DNA of 64,000 nt, taken from Callorhinchus milii (taxonomy: Eukaryota). Below, piece after piece: positions 1 to 13,900 of this stretch. Location: the NCBI RefSeq assembly GCF_018977255.1, contig NW_024704743.1:32552001-32616000 (forward strand), read 5' to 3'. The position numbers were made by a program, and so were the translations under genes. How positions within the stretch are numbered: position 1 is the first letter of the stretch; every line of letters starts with the position of its first letter. The notes beneath the pieces are model-generated. The model was not told the origin of the DNA and did no database searches. It saw only the letters and a program-made list of their open reading frames with translations.

Positions 1-1594
1 TAATTAGGGTGTAAAAGAAACAACAATTTAAACAATGATCTAAAAATGCTGAATCAAAAATACAGTGAACCTCAAGAAGGTAAGTGAGTTTTCTTGCCTT
101 TAGCTGCTAAAGGATATTAAATAATGGAAATCTATCAGTCGTAACCAAATCTACAGTAAGCTGCAACAACAAAAAAGCAGCACTTTTGAAAGATTCGTGA
201 CTGAGACAATAAAGTTTGGAATTATGATGTGGAGAAAGAATCTGAAACCAGTGTTTGTAAGCTTATTAGAGTCAATTAAGGGGAGCCTGTTATTACTTTG
301 GACCTAGGATTCTTGAAGTCACTCAAAGACTATTTTGAATATCAAATGAAAATATTAATATTATAAGTTACAATAGACCATGCCAGGATTAATGTTACAT
401 TAAATTTTATAATAATATTTAACAGGCTATCTAATTTGAATATCTTGGTCCTTGATATCTAATTTTAATATTAGCCATCCATTGGAACTTGGATACATAA
501 CTACTATATCTAGTCGTACTTGAACTATTTTCGAACTTGATCAATAGTTATTAACATGGATGAAGAATTGGAAATAATCTAAATTTAATTTAATTCCTCA
601 TTTACCATACCACAGAACCATAAACATTTACAGTGCAGAAGAAGGCCAATTGATCCATCATGTTTGTGTTGGCAATCCTTTTAGCTCCATTTACCTGCCC
701 TTTCCCCATACCTCTGTTCTTTACAATTGAATGGAAGTGCAAAGAAAATATATGCTTGAGCCTGACATATCCAATGACCACTGCTTTTCAGAATACACCA
801 GTGCAAATATTAAGGCCACTGAACCTTAGTTATGTGGCAAATCAACCCCATTGAACCTTAATTACAGGAGGCAACTTGTGTTTGTTTGCTCTTCTTGGTT
901 TTCATTAGGGGGTTTCGTCACATATAGATGACTTCACTGGCTCCCCATCCTCCATAGAATCATGTTCAAGATCCTTGTCCTCAACTTAAAGCCCGCCACA
1001 ATCTTGCTCCCCCCAAACTGCACACCTATTAAAACTTCACCAAACTGTCCACTCCCTCTGCTCTGCAGGCATTGGTTTGCTCCACCCCTCTCTGATTCCA
1101 ACCCACAGCTCATGTACAAACTCCTCATCGTCCAGTGCCTTGGGAAGTCCTCTGAACATGAAAGATGCTATATGAATGAAATTTGTTGTTTATAGTAATA
1201 CAGCAAGGAGTATGAGACAAGACCAAGTCATCATGGTATCAGAAGGATGGAATTTGCCTGACTTAACATCACAAATTTGATCAGTTTATCTAACCTACCC
1301 ATACAATTTCCCAAAAGATTACTTTACGAGTTAGAGTAAAAGAAAGCATAAACTACCTCTATGATCCATGATTAAAATGTCATGTGTTGAAAGCAGTATA
1401 TGTACCAATTTTAAACATTCAAGAAGACTTTCTATATGCTGGTTAAACATCTCCGAGAAGAGATGAACAACAACACTCAAGGTTAACTCAAATAGAATCC
1501 TAAAGACCCTTTTATAATCCTTATAATATTTTGTACAAAATAATTTTAAATATTTACATTTAAAAAGGTTACAGATAAAATTATTAGTGATATA

Positions 1595-3305
1595 AACAAC
1601 AAGATTACATTTGTATAGTGCCTTTCACGTCAGAAGGACGTCCCAAGGCGCTGGACAGTGTACAGAATTTCAGACCCGGGCTAGGGATAGAGAGGGAGAA
1701 GGGAGGGGAGGGGAAGGGGGGTTAACCGATATCATGGTCAAAGAGGAGGGTTTTGAGGCGGGACTTGAAGGAGGCTAAGGAGGGAGCGAGGCAGAGTGAT
1801 TGGGGCATGGAATTTCAGAGGTTGGGGGCAGAATGGCTGAAGGCTCTCCCGCCAATGGCGGGGCGGGTGGGTCGAGGGACGTGGAGCAGGCCAGAGGCGG
1901 CTGAGCGGAGGGAGCGCGCGGGTTGGTAGGGGGTTAGGAGGTCGCAGAGGTAGGGTGGGACGAGGCCATGGAGGGCTTTGTAGGTGAGGACCAGGATCTG
2001 GAACTGGATCCTCTGAAGGATAGAGAGCCAATGGAGTTGGGCGAGAATGGGGGAGATCGGGTCAAGGAGTTTGGTGTGGGAGAGAGGACATGGGCTGCAG
2101 AGTTCTGGATTATCTGCAGCCTGTGGAGGGAGGAGTTGGGAAGGCCGACAAGCAGGGCGTTTGCATAGTCGAGCCTGGAGGTGATGAAGGCATGAACAAG
2201 AGTTTCAGCGGCCTGAGGGGTGAGGTAGTGGCGGAATCGGGCGATATTATGGATGTGAGGGAAGGCAGAGCGGGTCATGGCTTGGATGTGGGGAAGAAAA
2301 GAAAGTTGAGGGTCGAACAAGACACCTAGGTTCCTGATGGCTTGATGAGTTGTAGTGTGCAACCATGGAGGTTGGTGCTGCCAGAGCTTGAGGTGCAGAG
2401 GCGCTTATGTGAGCCAATCAGGAGGGCCTCAGTCTTGTTCACATTCAACTGTAGGAAATTTCCCCTCATCCAGGACTTGAGCCCTGGGGGACGCCAGACG
2501 TGACAGTGCGGGGGATGAAGGAGAAACCGTGAGAGGCAACAAAGTGGAGACGTTTAGAGAGATAGGAATCGAACCAGGCAAAGGCAGGTCCGCGAAGATT
2601 AAGTAAAGAGGAGAGGCGGTGTATGAGGATGGAGTGGTCGACATTGTCGAAGGCAGCAGAGAGGTTGAGGAGGACAAGGAGGCAGAGGGAGCCCTGATCA
2701 TAGATGCTCAGAATGTCATTAGTGACTTTGACCAGGGCTGCTTCCGTGCTGTGGGCAGCGCAGAAGCCGGATTGGAGGGGTCCAAAGAGGGAATGGCGAG
2801 AGAGAAAGAAGCGGATCTGGGACGCGATGACTCATTCCAGGAACTTGGAGAGGAATGGGAGGTTAGAGATGGGGCAGTAGCTGGAGAGGAGGGATGGGTC
2901 CAGGTAAGGTTTTTTCAGGATGGGGGTGATGACGGCTGTTTTTAGGGGGGTGGGAACTGAACCGGTGGACAAGGAGAGGTTGATGATGTCGGACAGGAGA
3001 AAGGCCAGAAGGTGGAGCTGGGAGATGAGGAAAGAGGTGGGGATGGGATCGGGGAGCAGGTGGTGGGTTTGAGTTTGCGAACGATGGCGTGAGGGAGGAG
3101 GGAGAGATAGGGTCGAAGGAGTATAAGGGGGGGATGGGTGGGTGGTGGGTCATGAGGGAGAGGTGATGTGGAGTGGAGACGGACAGGGCAGAGGTGGCTG
3201 AACGTATCCCCTCGATTTGGGATTTGAGGAAGTCCAGCATCTCCTCACAGTTGGAGTTTGAAGAGAGGATGGGCGAGGCGTGGGAAGGTGGATGGAAGAG
3301 ACGGT
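1595..3305 (-). mobile_element. L2 LINE 3' fragment (decayed RT ORF2 with internal deletions)
   Basis: [30 protein letters not shown] motifs; L2-type 3' tail ...gtgaaaggcactatacaaatgtaatcttgttgtt. Confidence 0.9.
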
Positions 3306-4229
3306 TTGTAACAGAATACTGTAGGAAGAATAAATCTATTTGCTGGCTTACATTTTTCATTTAGTGAGTTATTATATCAATCCAAATTCTTGCAATGTAA
3401 TTTTAATTTCCTCCTTGACTGATGTGGAGTTCCAGAGAGATAATCACTCACTGTGTCTTACCCGAGTGGCTATCCTTCATGTGTCAGACAAGTCATCTCA
3501 AGGATCTAACATGAAGTTTAAATTTAGAAACTCATAATGTATAATGTTAAGATTATCTGTATGCCCTGCCCCCACCACGAAAATATTCTTCAGGAAGCCA
3601 CGTTATGCATTTGTCTTACAGCTGTCAGATTGCGGTATTTGAGGCTGGTTAGCAAGGGAGAGGTATGTTTTAGTTCAGTAAAATGCTCATTCAATCAATG
3701 GAACAAGAACAAGAAGTCATTTGAGCCCATGCAGTTTACTATATAACTGTAAATTGTATTGTAAATCATTCATTATTCTCCTTCAAATACATTTTTTAAT
3801 CCCAAGCCTGTATTTATCTACCACTTTCAAATATCTACTCAATTCCCTTTTCAATGCTTTAACTGAGTGCACAAAGTGGTGCCCCATTTCACAGTTCTAA
3901 GGATGTAGAAGTTATTCCTCAAGTTAAATTTAGCTTGTGGCTTCTTTACCTTCAAAGTCATGTTTCTCTGTTTCTTCGATTCTGGCTTTGGCACATCAGA
4001 ACGCCACATCAATCTTATTGATTCTCTTCATTATTCTAAAAACTTGGATCATGACCAGTTTTTTATTTCTAATGAAAATACATTTATATTCTATCCATAG
4101 CTCAATAATTTGAAGCTGAAATAATCTTTGTTGCTGTTCTCTAAATCCTTTCCAGCACTTTTATATACGTTTGTAAAGGTCAGAGAAAGTTGAAATCCAG
4201 AAACCTGCAGCTTGTGTCCTCTCCTGCAT

Positions 4230-5015
4230 TAGGCTCATGATCTCGTCACCCGGCTCCACTCTATTTTGAACTATAGAGGATTTTGAACTCTATCTCCCGG
4301 ATAGAGTTCAAAATCCTCAACCTCACCTTCAAGGCCCTTCATTCCTATCTCTGTGACAGACTCTACCTCTACCTCCTGCCTCTCAGCAGGCTCCAGCCTG
4401 CTCCATACCCCCCGCCCAGTCACGCCACCATTGGCGGACTGGCTTTCAGCCTCTCTGCCACCACCTTTTGGAACTCCATCCCGTGTTCCCTTCACCTTGC
4501 TCTCTCCCTTACATCGGTGTCTTGTAGCTCAGTGGTTCGAGCACTCGCCTCACAAGCAAGAGACCTGGGTTTGATTCCCTGCAGGATGAAACCCTGGGCA
4601 AGTTTCCTTTCTCCACACGCCTGATAATAATCCTTCAAGAAAAAAACAATAATAATTTGGTCACTCAATCCATGACTGTTTGTGGGACACTGCTGTGAGC
4701 AATTGGCTGCCGCTTTTCACCCACAAATATACAGTCAATTCACTTTACAGTATATTCTGTGAAGCACTTTGAGATGTCTAGAAGATGTGAAAAGCACTAT
4801 ATCAAATGCAAGGGTTATTATTATTGTCTCAAGACCCTCCTCTTCGACCGTGTCTTTGGCCACCCTCCTACCCCCACACTCCCTGCCCTCCACCCCTCCT
4901 GATCCGAAACCACCCCTGCTCCCCTGCTCGGTACCAGATCCCTGCTGGTCCAGTGCCTTAGGACGGTTCTCCCAACGTGAAAGGCGCTATACAAATATAA
5001 TTTTGTATTGTATTG
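4230..5015 (+). mobile_element. L2 3' fragment interrupted by a SINE (4516-4825)
   Basis: RIEFKILNLTFKALH motif; L2 tail at ~4950-5015. Confidence 0.8.
4516..4825 (+). mobile_element. Full-length tRNA-derived SINE with L2-like tail
   Basis: A box TAGCTCAGTGG, B-box-like GTTTGATTCC, body shared with 48036/49144, (ATT)n tail. Confidence 0.9.
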
Positions 5016-5974
5016 TAATTCCTTACTTAATAACGCACCCTTCACTTTGTAATCCACATTGCTAATTTTAAAATCTATGTAAGTTGCCTTCCATTTGTCA
5101 ATATTAAATTCTATTGTGAGTTATCTGCCCAATTGTTAACTCTTGGTACATCTCCGTCCTTTAGAGAGTGTGTTCTTTCACACAGACATATAGTATACTC
5201 TACTTTCAATAACCTACATGAAGCTCCTTGTTAAATGTCTTCAATTGAATTAATTGAGGTCCCAGAACTCATCCCTTGGGCATTTTGCTGGTTACAGTCA
5301 ACTAAAACATCCAACTAAAACCAATGCCATTGATTACTTCCCTTTGTTTTCTATTATGGAACTAATTTCTTACACATTTTACTTGCCCCTACATCCCAAC
5401 AGATTTCAGCTTAGTAACAAATCTATCCTTTGAAATTCAGGACATAGAACATCACAATATTATCCTCATCCACCAAATAATGTTACATTCTCAAAGAATT
5501 CCAATAAAATACTTCTAACGTACTTGCAAAATCTAGTTTGCTTCCCCTTTCGCTTAATAGCAATTGCATTTTTCCATTGTTTATTATTTTGGAAGTTTGT
5601 AGTATTAATTGATACATCTAAACTTCTTCCTATATTTTTTCCCTGACCATCTATACAACATTTTTGGTGTTTTTAATTTCATTATTTAATACAATACATA
5701 ACAATGTGAATGTTTATTCCAGTTTCATAATCTTCTCTCTCGAACCACTCACCTTAGCTCTAACAACAGTAAATTGAATAATTTACAGTATATGCTTTAC
5801 ATAATTAGGCACAAGCCTAATCATGGAATAGCCACTTTACCTACTTGACTTGCATCAACTTCTATTGAAAAGCTTTGTACAGACCAAGCAGAACAAGTGT
5901 ATACCTAAGTGCAGCACAGGCAAATTAAACTTTAAAATTAAGATGCTGCAGTAGCTTTGCAGGAAAATTAAAAC

Positions 5975-6830
5975 AGCAGCTTGTTTTATACAATGCCCTT
6001 CATGCAAGATAGCGCCTCAGAGTGCTGAACAATGCATAGCTTGATGCTGAGCTGAGAAGAAAGGGGACACTGAACTGGGGAGTGATAGAAATCACAGTCA
6101 AAGAGGAACGTCTTAAGATGTGATCTGAGCACAGGCAAAGATGGGGCAAGGAGGGATTGAGGCAGAGGGTTCCAGAGGTTTGGATGTAATGGCTAAAAGC
6201 ATGGCTGCCGATGGTGGAATGGAGCTATCAGGGATGCGTAAAAGACACAAACTAACTAAGTGAAAGGGACAGGCAGAGGAATAGGGTGTGAGCAGGTTGA
6301 GGAGATAGTGAGGTTCTAGGCATGAAGTGGTTTGTAGGTGAGTGTGAGGATCTTGAAATTTATCTGTTCTGAGAAAAGAAGCCAATGGAGCCTGGCAAGG
6401 ACTGGGGTGATGGATGTTCAGAGTTTGGTATTGGTGACGATGTGGGCTCTGGGACACGATCCTACTTCTTGTTGTTGGTTGTTACGGGCATTGGAGTTTT
6501 GAATCAATTGGACTTTGTGAATGGTGGAGCTGGGGAGACTGGCGAGGAAGTCATTGGAGAAATTAAGGTGGGAAGTGTCCAAAGTGTGGATGACGTTTTC
6601 GGCAGTGTTGGGTGTGAGGTATGGTTGGACTCAGGTGATGTGGCTGAGGTGGAGGAAAGTAGACTTGATGTCCTGGAGTTGAGGGTGGAGGCAGAGAGGT
6701 AGAATTGGATGTCATCCACATACATGTGGAAATTTACCTCATGTCTGCAGATGACATCACCAAGGGGGAGCATGTAGAGGGTGAAGAGAAGGGGACTGAG
6801 GACAGAGTCCTGAGGAACACAGCACAAGAC
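5975..6830 (-). mobile_element. Older L2 fragment (RT core to 3' end)
   Basis: [31 protein letters not shown] (YADD-like). Confidence 0.8.
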
Positions 6831-6849
6831 TTGCAAAAAATGCAAGTCT

Positions 6850-7145
6850 GCGCTTTTCAGATTGCTAAGCCAGTCCGGAACCTTGGGGTCTTGTTTGACC
6901 CTCAACTATCCTTTCTACTCCAAATCTGCGCCATGACCTGCTCTGCCTTCCCCCACCTCCGCAACATTGCCCGGCTCCGACACTGTCTCACACCGCACGC
7001 CCCCGAAACGCTCCCCCACCCCGCCCTCTACCCTCCCCGATCCCAACCCTCAGCCCGGGTCCGTAACGCTGTCTGTCCAGCGCCTTGGGACATCCTCCCG
7101 ACGTGAAAGGCGCTATACAAATATAATTTTGCTGCTGTTGTTGTT
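6850..7145 (+). mobile_element. Internally deleted L2 3' fragment
   Basis: [14 protein letters not shown] followed directly by the L2 3' tail cgccttgggacatcctcccgacgtgaaaggcgctatacaaat. Confidence 0.8.
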
Positions 7146-8534
7146 CCCCATGACAAATGTTAATCCAGTCGACAATTTCCTGACTTGTGTCCCACTTCTA
7201 TTTTGAATATCATCTGTTTGTTTGCTTGTCACAGCTCTAAGTATGTTTTATATTTCTATTAAACAATTAAGTCATTTTACAATTATTGTCAATTTGTTTT
7301 TTTGTTTTATTTCAATGGTTCTTTAGACTCTTTCAAGAATCCTCACTTTGCCCTCTCTACTGAAGTAATTACATTATTGAGTAATATCATAGCAAAGTAT
7401 TATTTCTCCCATTCTTATTTTTATCATTCCACTTATCCCTTAGATAATTTGTTGATTGAACACTATAATATTTTGCACCAAATATAAGCTCTTCCTTTCT
7501 TGTTTATCTGTATGTTTTAACATTTGAGAATCTTTGTGTCAATACTACTATAATCATATAACCATACGTAACGGCTGCACCTTTTATGCCTAAAATTATA
7601 TTACCATTGCTTATCAGAATAATTTAATTAAAAAATCTGTTGCAAGGAAATATATTTCTCTCTAAGAGTGGAGAGAATAAAATAACCCCACAAAATGCAC
7701 AGTCACACCACTTTACAGCATATCCTGTGAAGCACTTTGAGATGTCTCAATGACATGGTAAGACACCATACGAAATGCAAGGATTATTAAATGTTATTCT
7801 AAAACACCAAGAGAGTTAATTCACTCACAAATGAATCTTTGAATGAACTCTGTTCATTTCCTCTCAGGATTTTTCTTCAATAATGATTAACATACAGCAA
7901 ACCCCCATTTCAGCATCTACCTTTGGTAACAAATAATTCAGCTATTCTTAATGGACAGCTGACTTCATTATACAGGTTCAGGCCTGAATCACACACTTAT
8001 TTTTGGAGCTGATGTGAGATATTCACTACAGACAGACATCCTACTATAAGGAGGTTGTAATGACAGGTTTTACTGAACTGTTTTCCAAATGAACGTTTTT
8101 GCAAAATGCATAATGGCATTGTACTAAATATATATTTTGATTTTCCATTTCAACTGGCAGTAGAAATTCTCAACTGACAGACTTCTACTGATGAATATTT
8201 ATTAGGCTCTGCAATTCACAGCAACCTAATAAAGGCATAGAAAGCAGAGGTTGGAGAAGGGGGTGGAAATTTCAGTGATTCTTAAAACCATCTGCTAATG
8301 GATATTAACATATACTAGGGGAGGAATATAGCTGTATTTCCATTCAGTGTTGTTAGGATCTAAGTTGCCAATAATGTCTAGTGTTTAAAAAAATGATTGA
8401 TATCAACTACTAAGGGATATGTAGAAAGAGCCGGAGAGTGGCATTAATAAAAAAAAGTTATAGAAAACCAGATAGCATTGGCAAAGACATGTTGGGTTGA
8501 ATGGCCTCTTTCTGAGCAGAGCATTTCTATGTTA

Positions 8535-8810
8535 ATAATCCTTGTATTTCATATAATGCCTATCATATCTCAAAGTTTCTATGAAGTGTAGTTGTAGACA
8601 AATCTGAATTTCATATTTCTACCTAATGTCTCACAAACAGCTGTAAGGTGAATGGTCAGTGTATCTGGAGGATTGTTGGCCTGGGCATCGGGAGAAACTC
8701 TCTTCTCTTTTCAAACAGTGCGAAGGTATCCTTAATGTCCACTGGAACAGACAACCAGGCCCTCAGTTTGACATTGCATCCAAAGGATGGGACCTCCAAC
8801 AATGTTACTG
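8535..8810 (-). mobile_element. Deu-domain SINE fragment (SacSINE1/AmnSINE1-like)
   Basis: Reverse complement resembles the Deu domain seen at 55740-55850. Confidence 0.55.
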
Positions 8811-9689
8811 TTGGTGGTGGTGGTGTGTGAATGTGCCTATAGGTCAAAAGATAATCCTTGCATTTATATCTATTATGCCAGGCTGTTATGCAATTTGTAC
8901 TTAAGTGTTGTTCCACATGTGTATAATAATCTTTGCTTTTTTTGCTTTTNCTTCTTCTTCAAAAACAACAGATGACAGTGTAGAAACAGAATCAGGTGTA
9001 ACACCTTATGGCAATTCTGAGTCATATTAACTGAGTGCCGAGATAGCACTCGCCCCAATAATAACGGTCCCTACTGTCTCACATGTTGCATTGCAATCTT
9101 TGCTCACAGTCTGCTTGATTGTTACCATGGGGATGCATAGCAAAAAGCTTCATTGTGCATTATCATCCCATTTCCTCAGCTCAGATCTGCAAAATTGGTT
9201 TAACCTAGGGACTTATAATTCTAATATGTGCAACGTGTCTGTACTGATACGCCCACATATAATGTGAACCATTAGAACATCAAAACAAAAGAAAGCAGTA
9301 AATGAGAAAAGGTTATTTGGCCCATCGAGTCCATTTATCCACAGCCACACAAAACCTTTCGTATCATGAATCTCACACCACTCACTATTAGCTGCGGACA
9401 TATTATTGGAGAGATGCTTCCTGAATCCTGCGGGAACTCCAGTAAAACCTTCATTATTCAAACTTGGCCTCTCTCTCTCCAGGGAGAGTCCAGCAATTCC
9501 CCGATTGTAGCAACACAGAAACCATTGTGTTCTTAGTATTATTATTTATTTCAGCCTATACTGGTTCTCATATCATCTAATAGTCTATCCTACTTGGGGG
9601 ACAGGTGGAGGTAAGTGGGGTCTCGTTGGGGCTGAGGTGGCTCCCAGATGACATGTTTATCGATGGAATATTGGAATTGAGTCAATCCT

Positions 9690-10145
9690 CTGTGGTGATC
9701 CCAGTCTTCCAGCTTCTGAGCAAGGCAGGTCTGCAGTATTCCAGGGCACTGCTGATGACAGTACCGCCATCGTGCCTCATCGGCAGGTCATGAAAGGGCA
9801 GACCAGTCACTGGGCGGGGGTTTCTTCTCACTCAGCTCCCGTTAACCCTTGAAGCCAAAGCCCCAACGTTGCTGGACGAGCACTGGGAAGCTTGACAGAC
9901 AGTGCATTCAATATAAAATATGTGATTTCAGCTGGTTAAACTCCAATGTACATTCTGGGCCGCACAAGCCTTGCTTCTTGCAAACCTGCACCTAATACTG
10001 CCTGGAATTAGGTAAGCAGAGTGTGTCACTGCAGAGAGAGAGAATGCTTTTCGTTCCAGGCACAGTGAGATTTCCATGTGTAGGTGTTGTACATAAGTGG
10101 AACTCTCAGACTGGTTTGAGTACTCTTAAGCATAGTGATTGGTAA
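9690..10145 (+). repeat. Unclassified ~450 bp interspersed repeat (copies also at ~36540-36920, 46700-47160, 45950-46090 and inverted 43230-43720)
   Basis: Shared blocks gggcagaccagtcac, cagctcccgttaaccc, ggaattaggtaagcag, gaactctcagactggtttg. Confidence 0.75.
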
Positions 10146-10754
10146 CGTTATGTGACAGTCTGACCAATATTCTGTATATCAATGTTCTCTTGAAGGTTGT
10201 CTGCTCAAATGGTGCACAATATTCCAAATATTCACCAATTATCTATGCGGAGTTCAAATAATTTATTTCAAATTATAGCCAAATAATAATAATAATCCTT
10301 GCATTTGATATAGCGCCTTATCACGTCTTCGAGACGTCCCAAAGTGCTTCACAGAATAAATATAAAGTGTATTGACTGTATATTTTGTGGGCGAAATGCC
10401 CCCAAGATGCAACCTACTTTCATAGTTTTATTGACAGCTTCACTTTAGCTGGAGATATCTTCAGTGAGTGGTCACCAAATCCTGTTTGTTCTCTTTGTCT
10501 GCTAATGGACATTATCTTATTTGTTTGCACATGTTTATTCTTTCTCGTATCAATACCGATTACCTTGCATTTGAATTCGGCGAATTCATTTGGCATTCCT
10601 TGACCTTAAAGGTATTTTCTCTATAATGTATACTGATTCCAGTGGTATTTACAGCATCCATATTTGGAAGTATTCCAGAAACAAAGTGCTTGAATCAAAT
10701 TTAAATACATTAGCAAAATATTTGTGGATTTATAATATTGTGTCAATCAAGCTA

Positions 10755-10945
10755 CATGTTGATTATCTGCAGTACATTGCAGGGAGTGCAGTTAAATAAG
10801 GTTTTGTTGCATTATCTGTGGTACGTTTACAAAAGGGTGGGGTTCAATAAAGCTATGTTGCATTATCTGTGGTACCCTTATAGGGGTGGGGTTCAATAAG
10901 GGTATGTGTGCATTATCTGAAGTACGTTTTGCAGGGTGGAGGGAA
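10755..10945. repeat. ~50 bp tandem repeat, 3-4 diverged copies
   Basis: gttgcattatctgtggtac...ggtggggttcaataa repeated. Confidence 0.8.
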
Positions 10946-13900
10946 ACATTTGCCCTGCACAGTATATGTATAGATGTAAAATATTACATGTAAAATATAA
11001 CAATGCATGAAGCTGCACGGAACCAGCTGCACATTTACAGCACACAATTGCATTTGTTTCAGAAAAGCTTACAAAATTCTTTAGACATCTGTACTCTTTC
11101 AAGCATCTGCTGGGAGTGTCAGAGATCCCGAGGGGTTTGGTCTAGCCTACCCAATCAATATGAAACTGTAAGTACTCAGATTAATACGATTAAGAAGAGC
11201 CATGTCTTATGCAGAATCATATACTTTGTGAAACACAAAGTGCACCCATGAATGTTACTTCATGTGTCATTGCAAGCTCTCAGCAACCATAGTATCTGGC
11301 ACTGTGTATGAGCACAATAAATAATGAAGTCTCATATAAAAAAAAATCCTAGTTCCTGTGGTAAAGCAACTCTGGTTAGATACTCAGAAGTAGTAATCAT
11401 TGTTATTTTACTGAGTGGTGTTATTTTTTCACATGGTAAAATATAGAGATAAAACTTGCTAATTAGCACTCAGAAATCATTATAAAATTTGTAAATTGCC
11501 TCACATATAGGTTATTTATTGACTTTTGACTTGATTTCTCCAATGCACTCCCAGCCTCCCAAGCTCGACCCTCCATAAGTTATATATTATCCACAACTTT
11601 GCAGGCCATATCCTCTCCTTGATTAGTTCTGTGCTTAAAGCTTGGGCCCGATACACTGAATGTCCAGCGCATTGGGACATCCTCCCGATGTGAAAGATGT
11701 AATTTTGTTGTTGTTGTAAACTGGCAGTCATTTGCAGTGATTCCCCAGTGAAAGAGAAGACAAGTTACTATGATCTGGGAAACTAAAGAAGGAAAAAAAT
11801 ATTACTCAGGCAAAGGAAGAGGGTGGGAACTGTGTTACAAATCAAAAAAGTGTCTTTTTTACGCCTAAATCATACGTTTGGTTTGTTTCCTGATGTGATC
11901 TTTAACTGCAATTTCAGAACCAAAGTGATTTGCATAATTTTCAGCAAGTTTTATAATTTGCGCCAAAAGCATAATTTCCCATATTCCTCACGGGAACAAA
12001 GGAAGTTTTAGGAAATTCCCACAATTTTTGGTTGATCTCAACCCCACATCTACACCTATGATCTCTCATTGCTGTTTCTCACCTTAGAAAATCCCTTTTT
12101 CTCCAGAAACATTTCTAGTTGTCTCTTGAATCCATTTATTAAAATAGAACATCTTCCATAAATCAAGCATAAAGAAGTGGATAAGTTAACATGGTAAAAT
12201 ATTTAACCCTTTCACTGTTGACATGCTGCTGTCAGGTGTGAATCTCCTGAACCCAATTAGTAAAAAAAATCACATAGGGGCACCACAGTAAGTGGAGGAA
12301 GAGGGTTAGAATTCTCACAAATGAGTATCTTAAAGTTATTGAATAGGAAATTTAGTTCTGGATGATGGGAGATCAGAGTCAGATCAAATCAGAGGCCAAT
12401 TGGGTGTAAATCTGTGACAAACAGAAAGAAATTAGGAATTGAGAATTGGGCGCCATTGCCCTAAGTGAAGTGAAAGCCATTTAAATGTAAAAACAAGTTG
12501 CTGATGTTCCTGATTGCTCTGCAGCACCTCAGTAAAACAAATAGGAAATTGACAAGGAATTAAAATTAGGAAATACTTGTAATACTTGTATTCTATAAGG
12601 CACTTATATCATCAGAATATTTCAAAGTTCTTCACAAGTAATTATTAGCAAGTTGGCACAGAGGAGAATTTTAATTGCACTAAGTTAAAATATAAAGCTG
12701 AGTGAGCTTCCAAAAGGATGCTTTCATTGAACTAATCAAGGACTAAACTTTGACTAAACTGTTTCAAAGCGCTTCACAGATATACTGTAATGGATTGACT
12801 GTGTCTATAGAACATCAGCTAGGTATTTAATTTTCTGGTTATACTGGATCTATAAACCATGTGACCTGATATTTCTCATGTTCTTTAGTTGAAGACTTAG
12901 CCTTAAAATTTAAGAACATGCAGAATTTTGGAAACGGTCTTAAATCCATTTTTAATTTAGAGATTGAATCTCTGCAATTCCAAGAATTTGCAGAAAATCT
13001 GCTTGCAGGCTGAATTCACGAATGCTTTCCAAAATTGCACCCAGCCTGGCAAATTTCCGGCCCTTAAGAGAATACAACTGGATCTGAATTGTGGATGCAA
13101 TTTTGCATTGTAACCTTTCAGGTTTACTTCTGGAGCAAAGAAAAGAAAGACATTAAGGTGCCTTGATCACAGTTTGGATGGGTGTCTGATCGCATTATAA
13201 GTTGCGTGGAAATCTGTTCATTGACTGTATTTCTGCACTATGTTTGTATTTCCATTTAAACACCATGCAACCAACCCAGCTCTGTATATCAAAGGGACTC
13301 CACCACAAGAGCCTCCAAATCAAAACAGTGAGTTTATATATTGCAGAACATGGATGTGCACACAGACATTTCAATCATTATATTAAGTAAAGCAGAGCTT
13401 TGTGAGTTCTTGCGTTTGGCTATGGTTTGCTCCATGGCAGACGAGCAATATGTTTAATCTGCGTCCAAAGCTAATCTGGATCATCCGTTGCCATTGCTAG
13501 TGTTTCACTAACAGATCCCAGACACACTCATTCGGAAATACAACACCAATATGATTTGGCCCTTCTGTAACTTCCTGCTAATTGAGGGGATTTTGCACAG
13601 GCTCTTTGTCTGCATCACCAACTTGTGTTCTTTTATTTCTCAAGAATGTGAGAACTTTAGTGGAGACGTTGGGCCTTTCTGCAATCACTGTTTGGACTCA
13701 TTGAAGCATATAACTGAGTAATTACCTTTCAGTTCTGCTGTCTGATGTGCTTCCTCCTTTGTTCTTCAGCTGGACATGGGAGATAACAGGAAAGTGAACG
13801 TCTGGGCTAATATCTTAAAGGGACTGGTACCAGTGACTGAGAAGGATGAGTATTTACAGCAAGGACTTCAGTCCTCCTGACGTGAAAGGCGCTTTATAAA

